From Candidatus Latescibacterota bacterium (lineage in GTDB: Bacteria; Latescibacterota; UBA2968; UBA8231), in the NCBI GenBank assembly GCA_965203175.1, contig OZ241867.1, forward strand, positions 4,896,001 through 4,960,000: 64,000 nucleotides of DNA. The letters run 5' to 3'. The notes below the pieces were generated by a model, which searched no databases, was not told the origin of the DNA, and was given only the letters and a program-made list of their open reading frames with translations. Positions 40,717-50,302 of the stretch are shown here, piece after piece (position 1 is the stretch's first letter; the number at the start of each line of letters is the position of its first letter). Made by a program: the position numbers and the translations under genes.

Positions 40717-40747
40717 CTCGCCGGTTATCTTGACATCCGGCGACGAG
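40717..40747 (+). repeat. Partial copy 1 of ADH-promoter repeat
   Basis: CTCGCCGGTTATCTTGACATCCGGCGACGAG vs CTCGCCGATTACCTTGACGTCGGCGACGAG at 62118. Confidence 0.65.
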
Positions 40748-40830
40748 GGCGGGAACGCGGTGGTAGGTTTGCGGTGATGGGTCGGGAGACGTTTTTTTTC
40801 GGATGAATAGACTCTTCTAGGTCACGGAGC

Positions 40831-40920
40831 ATGATGATGAAATTTATTCTTTTGCTTTTGACCTTATACTTAGGCACATCACCTGTGTTAGGAAAAAGAC
40901 TCCAAGTTGAAGGGCCATGA
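40831..40920 (+). pseudogene. 29-aa signal-peptide-only gene stub
   Basis: RBS GGAG; MMMKFILLLLTLYLGTSPVLGKRLQVEGP* in AT-rich patch. Confidence 0.4.
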
Positions 40921-40960
40921 GCAAGATGCCGTTAATGTATGCGTCGAAGGAGGAGCCGAC

Positions 40961-42184
40961 ATGAAAATTACCGATGTAAAGAGTGCAATCATCGGCAGTA
41001 ACATCGTAATCCGCGTAGTGACCGATAAGGGAATCGATGGATACGGCGAAGTGGAGGAAGGTAAAGATTTTGTACAGCCCTTGGTTTCCTATTACAAAGA
41101 TCTGATCCTTGGCTGCGATCCGACAAACGTGGAATTCGTCATGCGCCGCATCCGGCGAGCAGGCGCGTTCAAGCCGTGGGGAAAAATCGTCAGCACGATT
41201 GAAATGGCCCTTTGGGACATCGCGGGCAAAGACGCGGGCATTCCGGTGTACAAGCTGCTCGGTGGGAAGGTGCGCAACAGGGTCCGAGTGTACAACGGGA
41301 GCTTTGGCAATCCGAATCCCCCCCACCCCGTGGCCGATACACCGGAAAAACAGGGTGAGAACATTCTCGCCCTGCGCGAGCTGCCCGAGGGCTTTACGAT
41401 TGTCAAAAACGCCGGCGTGTTCCACGGCTCGAGTTTTTTCCAATCGGTCGGCCTCGACGAACCCGCGTACAACACCTATCCGCAGGTGCCAGAGGCCTCT
41501 TGGATGTTAGACAACGGGAGCTTGCTCACAGAAGAGGCACTCGACGCGTACATCGACCATGTCGCTAGGATAAAGAGCGTGGTGAAGAACCGGGTAGGCC
41601 TCGCCTTAGACTGCGGACCGGGCATGACTGCAGTGGATGCCCTGAAGCTCGCCAAAGCGCTCGAGCCGTTCAACATCGTGTGGCTGGAGGACACGATCGC
41701 GGGTGACTATACACCGTTTACGCTGGCACACGTCTATCGGGATATTACAATCAATACGACCACTCCCATCCACACCGGAGAGCAGATCTACCTGCGCCAG
41801 AACTTCCGCGAACTGATCGAAAACCGAGCAGTGAACGTGATTGGGCCGGATCCGGCCGACGTAGGTGGCATCGCGGAACTGAAGTGGATTGCCGAATACG
41901 CGGATTTGCACGGAATCCTCATGGCACCGCACGGCACGATCGACGGCGTGTTCGGCATGGCAGCGCTCACTCACGTATGCTCCACAATGCCGCAAAACTT
42001 CATCGCCTACGAGTACCCGGCCGCCCATCCCGATTGGTGGTACGACATCGTAGATGGTCTGCCCGATCCGCTGCTGCGGGACGGCCACGTAACCGTATGG
42101 GATAAGCCCGGCTTTGGCGTCGAGTTCAACGTGAACAAGGCGTCCGAATACCTCCGAGAAGAGGACAAGGATTTCTTCAAATAA
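40961..42184 (+). CDS. Mandelate racemase/muconate lactonizing enzyme family
   Basis: MKITDVK, IEMALWDIAGK..G.PVYKLLGG, WLED, TGE; RBS AGGAGGAG. Confidence 0.9.
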   Translation: MKITDVKSAIIGSNIVIRVVTDKGIDGYGEVEEGKDFVQPLVSYYKDLILGCDPTNVEFVMRRIRRAGAFKPWGKIVSTIEMALWDIAGKDAGIPVYKLLGGKVRNRVRVYNGSFGNPNPPHPVADTPEKQGENILALRELPEGFTIVKNAGVFHGSSFFQSVGLDEPAYNTYPQVPEASWMLDNGSLLTEEALDAYIDHVARIKSVVKNRVGLALDCGPGMTAVDALKLAKALEPFNIVWLEDTIAGDYTPFTLAHVYRDITINTTTPIHTGEQIYLRQNFRELIENRAVNVIGPDPADVGGIAELKWIAEYADLHGILMAPHGTIDGVFGMAALTHVCSTMPQNFIAYEYPAAHPDWWYDIVDGLPDPLLRDGHVTVWDKPGFGVEFNVNKASEYLREEDKDFFK

Positions 42185-42205
42185 TCGAAATATCCAATAA
42201 ATCCC

Positions 42206-43204
42206 ATGACACAAGTAATCTCCACTGTCGACCTTGACCGCGATGGCAAGCAAATCGGCTGGCTGCATGTGCCGCATTCGGTCACTCGCAGCGCCTACGG
42301 GGTACTGCCCATCCCCATCGCCGTCATTCGCAATGGTCCCGGGCCGCAGGTCCTGCTGACAGCCGGCAATCACGGCGACGAGTACGAGGGCCAGGTGGTC
42401 CTGACGCGCTTGATCCAAGAGTTGCAGCCCGAACAAATCCGAGGCAGCCTCATCATCATACCAGCGCTGAATCAACCAGCCGTGCTAGCGGCAGCGCGGG
42501 TCAGTCCGCTGGACGCAGGGAATCTGAACAGAGTCTTCCCAGGCGACCCCGAGGGCGGACCGACGTGGAAAATTGCAGACTACGTCGAACAGCATCTACT
42601 GCCGAGAGTTGAAGTAGTGGCCGACTTCCACGGCGGCGGGGCCTCCCTAGAATACCGACCACACGCCAGCACCCACTTCGGTCCCGACACATCCTCTGAG
42701 CACAAGCACCTAAGCCTGGATTTGGTTTCCAAGTTGGGTGTGCCACACGTAATGGTTTTCGAGAATCATACTGATAAGGGAGGACTACCCGATGCCGCCA
42801 TTCGGCAGGGCGTGATCTCTCTAGGCGGGGAATACGGTGGAACGGGTAGCGTATCGCGGTCCGGGGTAAAGCTGGTGCAACAGGCGGTTGATCGATTGCT
42901 GGCAGCTCTGGGAATTAAGGGCGCGCTGCCGGATGACCTCGATACGCCTCAGGTTCTATACATCTTCGGCCCCGACGCGTACGCTTATGCACCGGAGCCA
43001 GGCCTGTTCGACCCGGCTACCGATCTGGGCGATGAGGTGAGTGTCGGCGATCTGTGCGGTCAGGTTCTGTTTCCGGAGAATCCTGTGCGCCCCCCCGTGC
43101 CCGTTACTTTCCGCGGCGAGGGTACGGTAGTCTGCAAACGGCACCCAGGCAGGGTGGAAGCCGGAGACTGCGTCGCCCACCTAGCAACCCCGGTAAGCGA
43201 TTGA
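42206..43204 (+). CDS. Succinylglutamate desuccinylase/aspartoacylase family (DoeB-like deacylase)
   Basis: GNHGDEYEG, NLNRVFPG, DFHGGG, EYGG. Confidence 0.85.
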   Translation: MTQVISTVDLDRDGKQIGWLHVPHSVTRSAYGVLPIPIAVIRNGPGPQVLLTAGNHGDEYEGQVVLTRLIQELQPEQIRGSLIIIPALNQPAVLAAARVSPLDAGNLNRVFPGDPEGGPTWKIADYVEQHLLPRVEVVADFHGGGASLEYRPHASTHFGPDTSSEHKHLSLDLVSKLGVPHVMVFENHTDKGGLPDAAIRQGVISLGGEYGGTGSVSRSGVKLVQQAVDRLLAALGIKGALPDDLDTPQVLYIFGPDAYAYAPEPGLFDPATDLGDEVSVGDLCGQVLFPENPVRPPVPVTFRGEGTVVCKRHPGRVEAGDCVAHLATPVSD

Positions 43205-43222
43205 CCACTTCCCGGCAATCCC

Positions 43223-43966
43223 TCACTCAATTTCATATACCACCGTGACATTCACGGTGACAGCGAGCTCACCTGGGGCAATGGGAGTGGAAGTACGCGC
43301 GGCATTATCGAAGGCGGCTTCCGCCGTCCTCGCAAACGGAATTGGAGGACCTTCGAAATAGGTACTCTCAGTGATGTTAATAGGTTCTCCTAGCCTTACA
43401 CCGCTCGCTTTCGCTAAGGTTTGTGCTTTCGCTTCAGCATCTTCTACCGCCAAACTACGCGCCTGGGTTTGCAATGGTGCAGTATCATCAATCATAAATT
43501 GAATGGTGTTAATGACGATGCTGTTTCCTCCCGCTGCGGCGGCATCATCTATGACATCACTGAGGGTTTCCAATTCTCGAACCTTCACCCGAACGGTGTT
43601 GCTTACCATGTAACCACGAAGTATGCGGTTGTTTCCTGAATAGTCGTACTGGGGATAGATACTGAAATTCTCAGTTTTAATATCTTTTTCAGCAATGTTG
43701 TTCTCTTTTAGCGAAGCTATTAACGCGGTCATCGCACTCGCGGCTTCTTCACGTGCCTCTACGACAGTCTCCTTCTCAACAGACACACCTACATTGAGCA
43801 ATGCAATATCTGGTTCACCAGTAACTGAACCACTCCCGGTCACATGGATAGTTCTGTCCGTTGCTGAGGATGATAACACCTCCGAAGCAATATTCACATC
43901 ACAAGCAGTGAGGGCTAAAATCAGCAATGTGCCGATCGTTAAAGACCAATAATTACACCTTTTCAT
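43223..43966 (-). CDS. SIMPL (DUF541) domain lipoprotein
   Basis: Lipobox LTAC; IHVTGSGSV..EPDIA, IYPQYDY, AVEDAEAKA, PGE...VNVTVVY. Confidence 0.88.
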   Translation of the reverse strand: MKRCNYWSLTIGTLLILALTACDVNIASEVLSSSATDRTIHVTGSGSVTGEPDIALLNVGVSVEKETVVEAREEAASAMTALIASLKENNIAEKDIKTENFSIYPQYDYSGNNRILRGYMVSNTVRVKVRELETLSDVIDDAAAAGGNSIVINTIQFMIDDTAPLQTQARSLAVEDAEAKAQTLAKASGVRLGEPINITESTYFEGPPIPFARTAEAAFDNAARTSTPIAPGELAVTVNVTVVYEIE

Positions 43967-43985
43967 AGATACCTCCCGTGAGACG

Positions 43986-44283
43986 GCCGACTTGAGTCGG
44001 CAGAGGGATAGGGATTGAAACGGCGATGAAGCCGAAACGCACAAGGCGTTTTGGCTTGCTGAGTAGGTTCAAACTTGACGCGGTTCCATGAGGACGGTAT
44101 CCCTTTTGGCAGGTTGAGCACCCGACCTTCAGCGCCTGCTCGGCTCAACCTTCGGGGCGGGTGGTACGCAACGTCTGTTGCCTCTACCGCTCCTGGCGTT
44201 CGCCGAGCAGTACCCATCCCCAATGCCAGACGGTGCTGCGGCAGGATGGGGAGGAGGCCAGTAGAGACGGCGACGGTCTCTAC
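43986..44283. repeat. Cluster of REP-like palindromes
   Basis: GCCGACT-TG-AGTCGGC (43986), AGGTTGAGC..GCTCAACCT (44111-44151), GCAAC..GTTGC-CTCTAC (44168), GTAGAGAC..GTCTCTAC (44261-44283). Confidence 0.55.
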
Positions 44284-44484
44284 GCCAAGCAGCCAGTGCG
44301 GTTGTAATGGGTCTCGTATACTCTTCCGGTTCGTCCCAGGCCGGGTCGCGGCGGTAGGGCCGGAGAGGGTAAAGCCGATTGCTTTAGCTATCGGTGGCAT
44401 TACTTTTCCTCCTATGAATCTCGACGAAAACAAGCCCTGGCCGCCAGTGGGCCGCCCTCTAGCAGGACCAACGCCTGAACCAAG

Positions 44485-44567
44485 AGCGCCGCAACGCACA
44501 GCCAAGCCGCTCCAAAGACGCCGACACCGCTTGACCTGTTCCCTGAAAGGCCCTTTATAATTCCTAT
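44485..44567 (+). promoter_or_regulatory. Dispersed promoter repeat (copy of 53278-53359)
   Basis: AAAGAC.CC.ACAC.GCTTGACCTG...AAAGG.CCTTTATAAT.CCTAT shared with 53306-53359. Confidence 0.65.
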
Positions 44568-44673
44568 ACAATTCCGAGATCTGTTGCAAGCTTTCTCGAA
44601 TTAGGATCCGACTACTTTTTAGAAACCGCTTAGACGGCAATGTTCCGCGCCCAGCCAGTGCACGAGGTGACCT

Positions 44674-46236
44674 CTGGTACGCAAAGATAGAAAAATCATC
44701 AGCAACGACGACGGCTGGATCATGAGCAACATGACCGGTCCCGTAACGCCGCAGACCATCAAGGAGCGCATGATCGACACCTATGCCGGTGCGCCCATTG
44801 GCGCGGTCTCGTGGTGCGTCGGCAATAGCGAGACCTACGAATACGAAACAGAAGTAGGCGAGCGCACGGGGGACGGCTACACCCATTTTGCCGACGAGCG
44901 CCACGCCTGGCTGCAGCGAAACCTCCACAGTCTAATCGCCTCGTGCGGCGGCCCCTTGACCGAAATCGCGCGCCAGTTCCACGCGGCCAAGATCGACGTA
45001 CTGCCTTCGGTGCGTATGAACAGCCACTACGATATTCCCTATGACTCGCCATCCCACGGCCAGTTCCGCCGCGACCACCCCGACTGGCTCATCGGCCGCC
45101 CCCACGAGTACATCCCCCATCCCACCCTCGAACACGCCATCGCCAGGGGCCTTGACTACAAGTATCCCGGCGTCCGCGCGCACATGGAAAAAATCATCTT
45201 TGAACTCTGCGAAAAATTCGCCGTGGACGGGGTCGAACTCGACTATTTCCGCCACCCGGCATTCTTCCGGATCGAAGAAGCCTATACCAATCGCTATCTT
45301 ATGACCGACTTTATCCGGCGCATTCGCCAGCGCTTGGACGAGGTCGGCGCGCAGCGCGGCAAACACCTCGACCTGCTGGTCCGCGTCCCGCCGACGCTCT
45401 ACGACTCGCGGCGCATCGGCCTAGACGTCGAGGCCTGGATCGGCGAAGGGCTGGTGGACATTGTCGCGGCGGGCGGCGGCTTTATGCCCTTCGAGCAACC
45501 CATTGGCGAATTTGTCGCCGCAGCCGCGGGCACCGGCTGCCAGATCTACGGCAGCTTCGAGGCGCTGCGCTGGACCCTCGACGAAGAGGTGCTGTACGCC
45601 CTGGCAGCGCGGTTCTGGGACGCTGGCGTCGACGGCCTCTACCTGTTCAACTATTTCAATACGCCCAATGAGTGGAAGAAGCGCGTACTCGGCAATATGG
45701 TCGACCGGGACCGGCTGCCGCGTCTGCCCAAGCGCTACGAACTCGATCATTCAGACCGCATCAACAGCAAGGAACACCATATCGGCGCATTCAGATACGC
45801 CGTGCCCTGGGCTTCCTTGCCGGTGTTCATGGAAGAAACGCAGCGCGGCGGTGGCTCCGCGCTTTTTATGGACATCGCCGACGATGTGGACGGTGCGCGT
45901 TCCGCAGGGGCCTTAGGCGGCTGCACCCTGAGCCTCGGGTTCGACCACATCAATGACGATGACGAATTAGACGTCCACATCAATGGCGCGCCCGTACCTT
46001 GGGACAAACGCCAGGTTTCCCAAGACGGCTGGGGCTATACCGTCTTCGACGGCGTAGTCTATCACACGACCATGGCAACGGAGCGCGTCGAGGGTACTCT
46101 GATACAGTTTGATGTGACCGATCTGCCGATCAAGACGGGGAACAACGAATTGCTCGTGCGGCTCATCAAGGGTGCCGGACCACATTTTGCACCGGTGACC
46201 CTGACCGAGGTGCGGTTGGCGATCGACTATCGCTGA
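44674..46236 (+). CDS. Putative glycoside hydrolase-like TIM-barrel protein (GHL10/DUF187-like)
   Basis: KIISNDDG, SVRMN, HPDW, LDYKYP.VR, DGVELDYFR, DGLYLFNY; start inferred at CTG 44674 (first ATG 44722). Confidence 0.7.
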   Translation: MVRKDRKIISNDDGWIMSNMTGPVTPQTIKERMIDTYAGAPIGAVSWCVGNSETYEYETEVGERTGDGYTHFADERHAWLQRNLHSLIASCGGPLTEIARQFHAAKIDVLPSVRMNSHYDIPYDSPSHGQFRRDHPDWLIGRPHEYIPHPTLEHAIARGLDYKYPGVRAHMEKIIFELCEKFAVDGVELDYFRHPAFFRIEEAYTNRYLMTDFIRRIRQRLDEVGAQRGKHLDLLVRVPPTLYDSRRIGLDVEAWIGEGLVDIVAAGGGFMPFEQPIGEFVAAAAGTGCQIYGSFEALRWTLDEEVLYALAARFWDAGVDGLYLFNYFNTPNEWKKRVLGNMVDRDRLPRLPKRYELDHSDRINSKEHHIGAFRYAVPWASLPVFMEETQRGGGSALFMDIADDVDGARSAGALGGCTLSLGFDHINDDDELDVHINGAPVPWDKRQVSQDGWGYTVFDGVVYHTTMATERVEGTLIQFDVTDLPIKTGNNELLVRLIKGAGPHFAPVTLTEVRLAIDYR

Positions 46237-46316
46237 TACCGCATTCAGTCTCTAGCATCGAATAAGCTCGTTCATGGCCAAGTACATATTGGCAAAGTAT
46301 GAAGAGTTCGCTAGAT

Positions 46317-46354
46317 TCTTACTATAAAGTTGGAGTCTTCAAAAAAAGTAGGAA
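46317..46354. promoter_or_regulatory. Probable AbrB-type TA autoregulatory operator
   Basis: TTCTTACT...AGTAGGAA imperfect inverted repeat just upstream of antitoxin. Confidence 0.4.
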
Positions 46355-46373
46355 CCAACGAAAGGAGCACGCG

Positions 46374-46616
46374 ATGGCCGTCGCCAAACTAACCTCCAAA
46401 GGACAACTGGTCATTCCCCAAGCCATACGCCAGCACCTGCACCTACAGCAGGGCGACAGCGTGGATTTTATCATCCAAGACAATGGCGAAGTGGTCGTCA
46501 AACCGGCCACCCGGGATGTGCGAGCCCTAAAGAATATCCTGCCGAAACCCAAGAAGGCCGTATCGCTAGAGAAAATGGATCGCGCGGTGCGCGAGGGTGC
46601 GGCAAAAGCGCTGTGA
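46374..46616 (+). CDS. AbrB/MazE/SpoVT-family antitoxin
   Basis: LTSKGQLVIP..IR..L.LQQGD; RBS AAGGAG. Confidence 0.88.
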   Translation: MAVAKLTSKGQLVIPQAIRQHLHLQQGDSVDFIIQDNGEVVVKPATRDVRALKNILPKPKKAVSLEKMDRAVREGAAKAL

Positions 46617-47008
46617 GGGGGCTGGATACCAATGTGCTGGTGCGCTATCTAGTGCAGGACGATGCGGCACAGGCGCGGCGCGCGGCAAAAGAGATCGAAG
46701 CGGGATCGGATGCGGGCGAGATCTATTTTATTGCCGATGTCGTCGTCTGCGAGCTAGTATGGGTGCTCGATCGGGCCTATGGATACAGCCGGGCGCAGAT
46801 TGGCGACGCGCTGGAGGGCATTTTGCAGACGCGCTCATTTCATTTTGTGGACAAAGACCTGCTCTGGCAGGGGCTGGGCGATTACAAAAAGGGTAGGGGC
46901 GACTTTGCCGACTATGTGATTGGGCGCGTGGGCGAAAAGTCTGGGTGCGAAAAAACGCTCAGTTTTGATCGTGCCTTAAAAAGCGATGTACGATTTGAAG
47001 TGCTTTAG
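46613..47008 (+). CDS. vapC: VapC PIN-domain toxin
   Basis: LDTNVLVR, ELVWVL, DFAD, SFDRAL; GTGA overlap with antitoxin. Confidence 0.9.
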   Translation: MRGLDTNVLVRYLVQDDAAQARRAAKEIEAGSDAGEIYFIADVVVCELVWVLDRAYGYSRAQIGDALEGILQTRSFHFVDKDLLWQGLGDYKKGRGDFADYVIGRVGEKSGCEKTLSFDRALKSDVRFEVL

Positions 47009-47147
47009 GGAAGTCCGCATGGTATGGTATGCGAGTGATTAATCGGCAAGTAATCCAAATGAAAGTCTCTGAATTGGAAGCGGCACCTGACGAGCTTCGT
47101 GCTCATTGGTTGTTGAGAAGCAAACTAGCTATAGCGAGGAATATCCC

Positions 47148-47969
47148 ATGTCACTGCACAAACCCTTTACAGAAGAAGAACTAGCGCCAATTCTCGAAGA
47201 TTTTTACAAAAACGGCGCGACCATCATCCGCAACGTCTTATCCCGAGAAGAATGCGAGCAAATATGCAGCCGCGTCGACCAGATCTTCGCCGAACCTTAT
47301 TTCACCGAAATGCGGAATGTAAAAATAAGGCCAGAGCTCGATGGCAAAGCGCCCATCGTTGTCCATCGGCTATTTGAATGCGACCGGATGTTCCGCGACC
47401 TGCTCGTGCGCGAGCCTATCATATCTATTGCCGAAACAGTCCTCGGCCCACAGTGCCATTGCATGGCGCAGGGATGCATCTTGAACCGCAGGGATATGGG
47501 CATTAACCGCTTTCACCTAGATGACAGCCTGGAATTTCCAATTGCGGACGACAATATCAGCAGTCACGACCGGCGTCTGCAGATGCCCGTTTTTCGCATG
47601 TCGTTCCAGATCGCCCTGACAGACCAAGACGAAGACCAATATGGCCCCAGCCAATTCGTGCCGGGCAGCCACTATGCGGGCAGACACCCCGACGATCCAG
47701 AAAATCCAACCTTCGACGGCCAAGGCCCCACGTCCCTGCTCATGCAAGCGGGAGACCTCTACCTCCTCAGCAGCCAAACCTGGCATCGCGGTGCCCCCAA
47801 TACATCGGATCGCGTCCGCTACCTCTTTCACCAAGTCTATGGTCAGCGCTTCGTCGCCCAGCGATTCTGGCCCTATCTCAACTATCACATGCCCGATTAC
47901 GTCCTCGAAGGCGCCGACGAACGCCTCCTGCGCGTCCTTGGCAAACACCCCGAAATGGCCTATGGATAA
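47148..47969 (+). CDS. PhyH-family dioxygenase
   Basis: HLD, VPGSH, AGD, WHRG..NTS. Confidence 0.85.
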   Translation: MSLHKPFTEEELAPILEDFYKNGATIIRNVLSREECEQICSRVDQIFAEPYFTEMRNVKIRPELDGKAPIVVHRLFECDRMFRDLLVREPIISIAETVLGPQCHCMAQGCILNRRDMGINRFHLDDSLEFPIADDNISSHDRRLQMPVFRMSFQIALTDQDEDQYGPSQFVPGSHYAGRHPDDPENPTFDGQGPTSLLMQAGDLYLLSSQTWHRGAPNTSDRVRYLFHQVYGQRFVAQRFWPYLNYHMPDYVLEGADERLLRVLGKHPEMAYG

Positions 47970-47995
47970 GCCGCCACGCAACATTAGGCGTAAAA

Positions 47996-49378
47996 ATGAC
48001 CGGTAAGCGACCAAATGTAGTCGTGTTTTTGACCGACGACCAAGGCTATGGCGATCTGGGAATCTATGGAAACCCGGACCTGAACACGCCCCACATCGAC
48101 CGCATCGGGCGAGAGGGGTTGTGTCTGAATCAGCATTATTCCGCATCGCCGATCTGTGCACCGGCCCGGGCAGCTTTTTTAACCGGCCGCTACAATCACC
48201 GCGTAGGCGCATTGAGCGTAGAGTCAAACCGCGGACTGGACCGAATCGCACTCGGAGAATCCACCATCGCGGATTTATTCAAAGCAAACGGCTATACAAC
48301 GGGAATGATAGGAAAGTGGCACAACGGACTACACGACATGCGCTATCATCCGAATAATCGGGGATTCGATGAATTTGCGGGATTTTTAAACGGAGGAATG
48401 AATTACTGGAACTGGATCATCGAATACAACGGGCAGCCAAAATGGTCAGACGGGCGCTATCTGACCGATGTATTTACGCAGGACGCCATCGAATTTATCA
48501 AACGGCACAAAACAGAGCCGTTTTTTCTCTATGTGGCCTACAACGCACCGCACGGTCCACTCGAAGCACCAGAAGAAGATGTCCGACCCTTTGCAGAAAT
48601 GGAAAAATTCACCCAGGCCGTGTGTCTGACCTACGGAATGATCCGGCGGATGGACACCGGAGTCGGACAGATCCTGGATACACTGGAACAACAGGGCCTG
48701 GCGGAAGATACAATAGTACTTTACACCAGCGACAATGGGCCTGTCCACTTCGGCAAGGGTGAAAGAGACCAGACGCGCTACAACGGGCCATTTCGAGGCG
48801 TGAAATACGATGTACTCGAAGGCGGAATCCGCGTGCCGGGCCTGATCCGCTGGCCGACGGGCCTGCCGCAGGGCCAGACCTATGACGGAATGCTGCATTT
48901 TACAGACTGGATGCCCACCCTATTAAAGGCGTGTGGAATCGACATGCAAACGCCCACAGACGGGATGGATGTCCTATCCGCATTACAGGGAAACAATGGA
49001 ACGCTTCCCACCAAACGATTCTGGCAATTCAACCGCTATGACCCCATCGGCACATGTAATGCCGCGATGAGAGACGGAGAATGGAAACTCTACTGCCCCC
49101 CCATTGAAGAGGCAATGCAAAAATTGAACTCGGATAATCTGTCATACGAGAAAAATCTCGAAGGACCGCATTTTCTGCTGGATGTGGAAAATCCACCTGT
49201 GGAACGGACCCTGTCACCGCCCAGCAACCCAGAACTTTACAATATTGAAAACGATCCGCACGAAAACATCGACCTCGCACAACAACAACCAGACCGCGTC
49301 CAGCGCATGAAACGCGAATTGGAAACGTGGTTTGAAACAGTAGAAGTGGACCGGCGGCGTATCGCGCCAAACAGGTGA
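47996..49378 (+). CDS. Cys-type sulfatase (arylsulfatase-like)
   Basis: DDQGYGD, CAPARAAFLTGR formylglycine motif, GKWH, SDNG, EGGIRVP. Confidence 0.92.
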   Translation: MTGKRPNVVVFLTDDQGYGDLGIYGNPDLNTPHIDRIGREGLCLNQHYSASPICAPARAAFLTGRYNHRVGALSVESNRGLDRIALGESTIADLFKANGYTTGMIGKWHNGLHDMRYHPNNRGFDEFAGFLNGGMNYWNWIIEYNGQPKWSDGRYLTDVFTQDAIEFIKRHKTEPFFLYVAYNAPHGPLEAPEEDVRPFAEMEKFTQAVCLTYGMIRRMDTGVGQILDTLEQQGLAEDTIVLYTSDNGPVHFGKGERDQTRYNGPFRGVKYDVLEGGIRVPGLIRWPTGLPQGQTYDGMLHFTDWMPTLLKACGIDMQTPTDGMDVLSALQGNNGTLPTKRFWQFNRYDPIGTCNAAMRDGEWKLYCPPIEEAMQKLNSDNLSYEKNLEGPHFLLDVENPPVERTLSPPSNPELYNIENDPHENIDLAQQQPDRVQRMKRELETWFETVEVDRRRIAPNR

Positions 49379-49441
49379 GCTGCCCTATTCGACCGCCAAC
49401 AGCCGGTTGCGCACCGGGAGACTTACGAGAGGAGACCATTA

Positions 49442-50287
49442 ATGACGTACCAATTTCAGCCGGGCGTGATGTACCTCATGCCCACTCACTTCGGACCAAT
49501 GACGGGACCGCGGCGCGCCCCCGACGGCAAGGGGTATGCCTGCATCGACACCCCCAAGTCCACCAGCTACTCAGTCAGCTTCCTGACCAACGCCGAACAG
49601 CTCGAGGAGCTGTTGCCGGAGGAATTCGCGCTGCACGGCGAGCCAGTGGTGACGGTGTACCAGATCCACATGAAGGAGATCGAGTGGTTGGCCGGGCGCG
49701 GCTACAACATTATGGGCGTGACCTTTCCGGCGACCTACACCGGCAAGCGCGACCGCGCAATGGGACCGTTTCTGACCGTCCTGTGGGAGAACATGACCGA
49801 GCCGATCCTCACCGGCCGGGAACAACTCGGGTTCGCGAAGATCTACTGTGAGATGCCGGATCCGGCCGTGTGCCGGGGCGAGACCCACGTCACAGCGCAC
49901 TGGCAGGGATTTCGCTTCCTAGACATGAAGCTGACCAACATGCGCGAAGTGGCACCCGACGACTATCCGGCACCGGCAGCGCCGCGCACCGACGGCGTGC
50001 TGACCGGGCTACTCCATTACAAGTACATCCCCCGCACCGGCCACTGGGGCGAAGCGGACGCGGCCTACGCCTGCCTGACCCCTGAGGAGGGCAGCAACAG
50101 CCGCCTGACTGAGTTGTGGCAGGGCGACGGGACGGTCGAGTTTCACCCCGCGCGCTGGGAGGACATGCCGACCCAGTACATGATCGTCAACGCGTTCCAC
50201 AACCTAGAGATCAAGGAATTCCGCGGCGGCACCATCAGCAAGACCATAGGCAGCAAGGATCTCAGCGATCAGCGCATGCTGGTGTAG
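49442..50287 (+). CDS. Acetoacetate decarboxylase-like protein
   Basis: MP.HFGP, L..LLP..F, GREQLGFAK Schiff-base Lys motif. Confidence 0.8.
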   Translation: MTYQFQPGVMYLMPTHFGPMTGPRRAPDGKGYACIDTPKSTSYSVSFLTNAEQLEELLPEEFALHGEPVVTVYQIHMKEIEWLAGRGYNIMGVTFPATYTGKRDRAMGPFLTVLWENMTEPILTGREQLGFAKIYCEMPDPAVCRGETHVTAHWQGFRFLDMKLTNMREVAPDDYPAPAAPRTDGVLTGLLHYKYIPRTGHWGEADAAYACLTPEEGSNSRLTELWQGDGTVEFHPARWEDMPTQYMIVNAFHNLEIKEFRGGTISKTIGSKDLSDQRMLV

Positions 50288-50302
50288 GGATTGAGCCAAT
50301 AT

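Noticed and set aside
43963-44928. 321-aa minus-strand ORF as a real gene
   Set aside because: 5' part is antisense to the GH-like gene and crosses a promoter repeat and hairpins; only the segment from 44400 has an RBS.
47059-47117. Possible frameshifted HicA toxin start (MKVSELE/RHLTSF)
   Set aside because: Too short and requires a frameshift; cannot be supported without a search.
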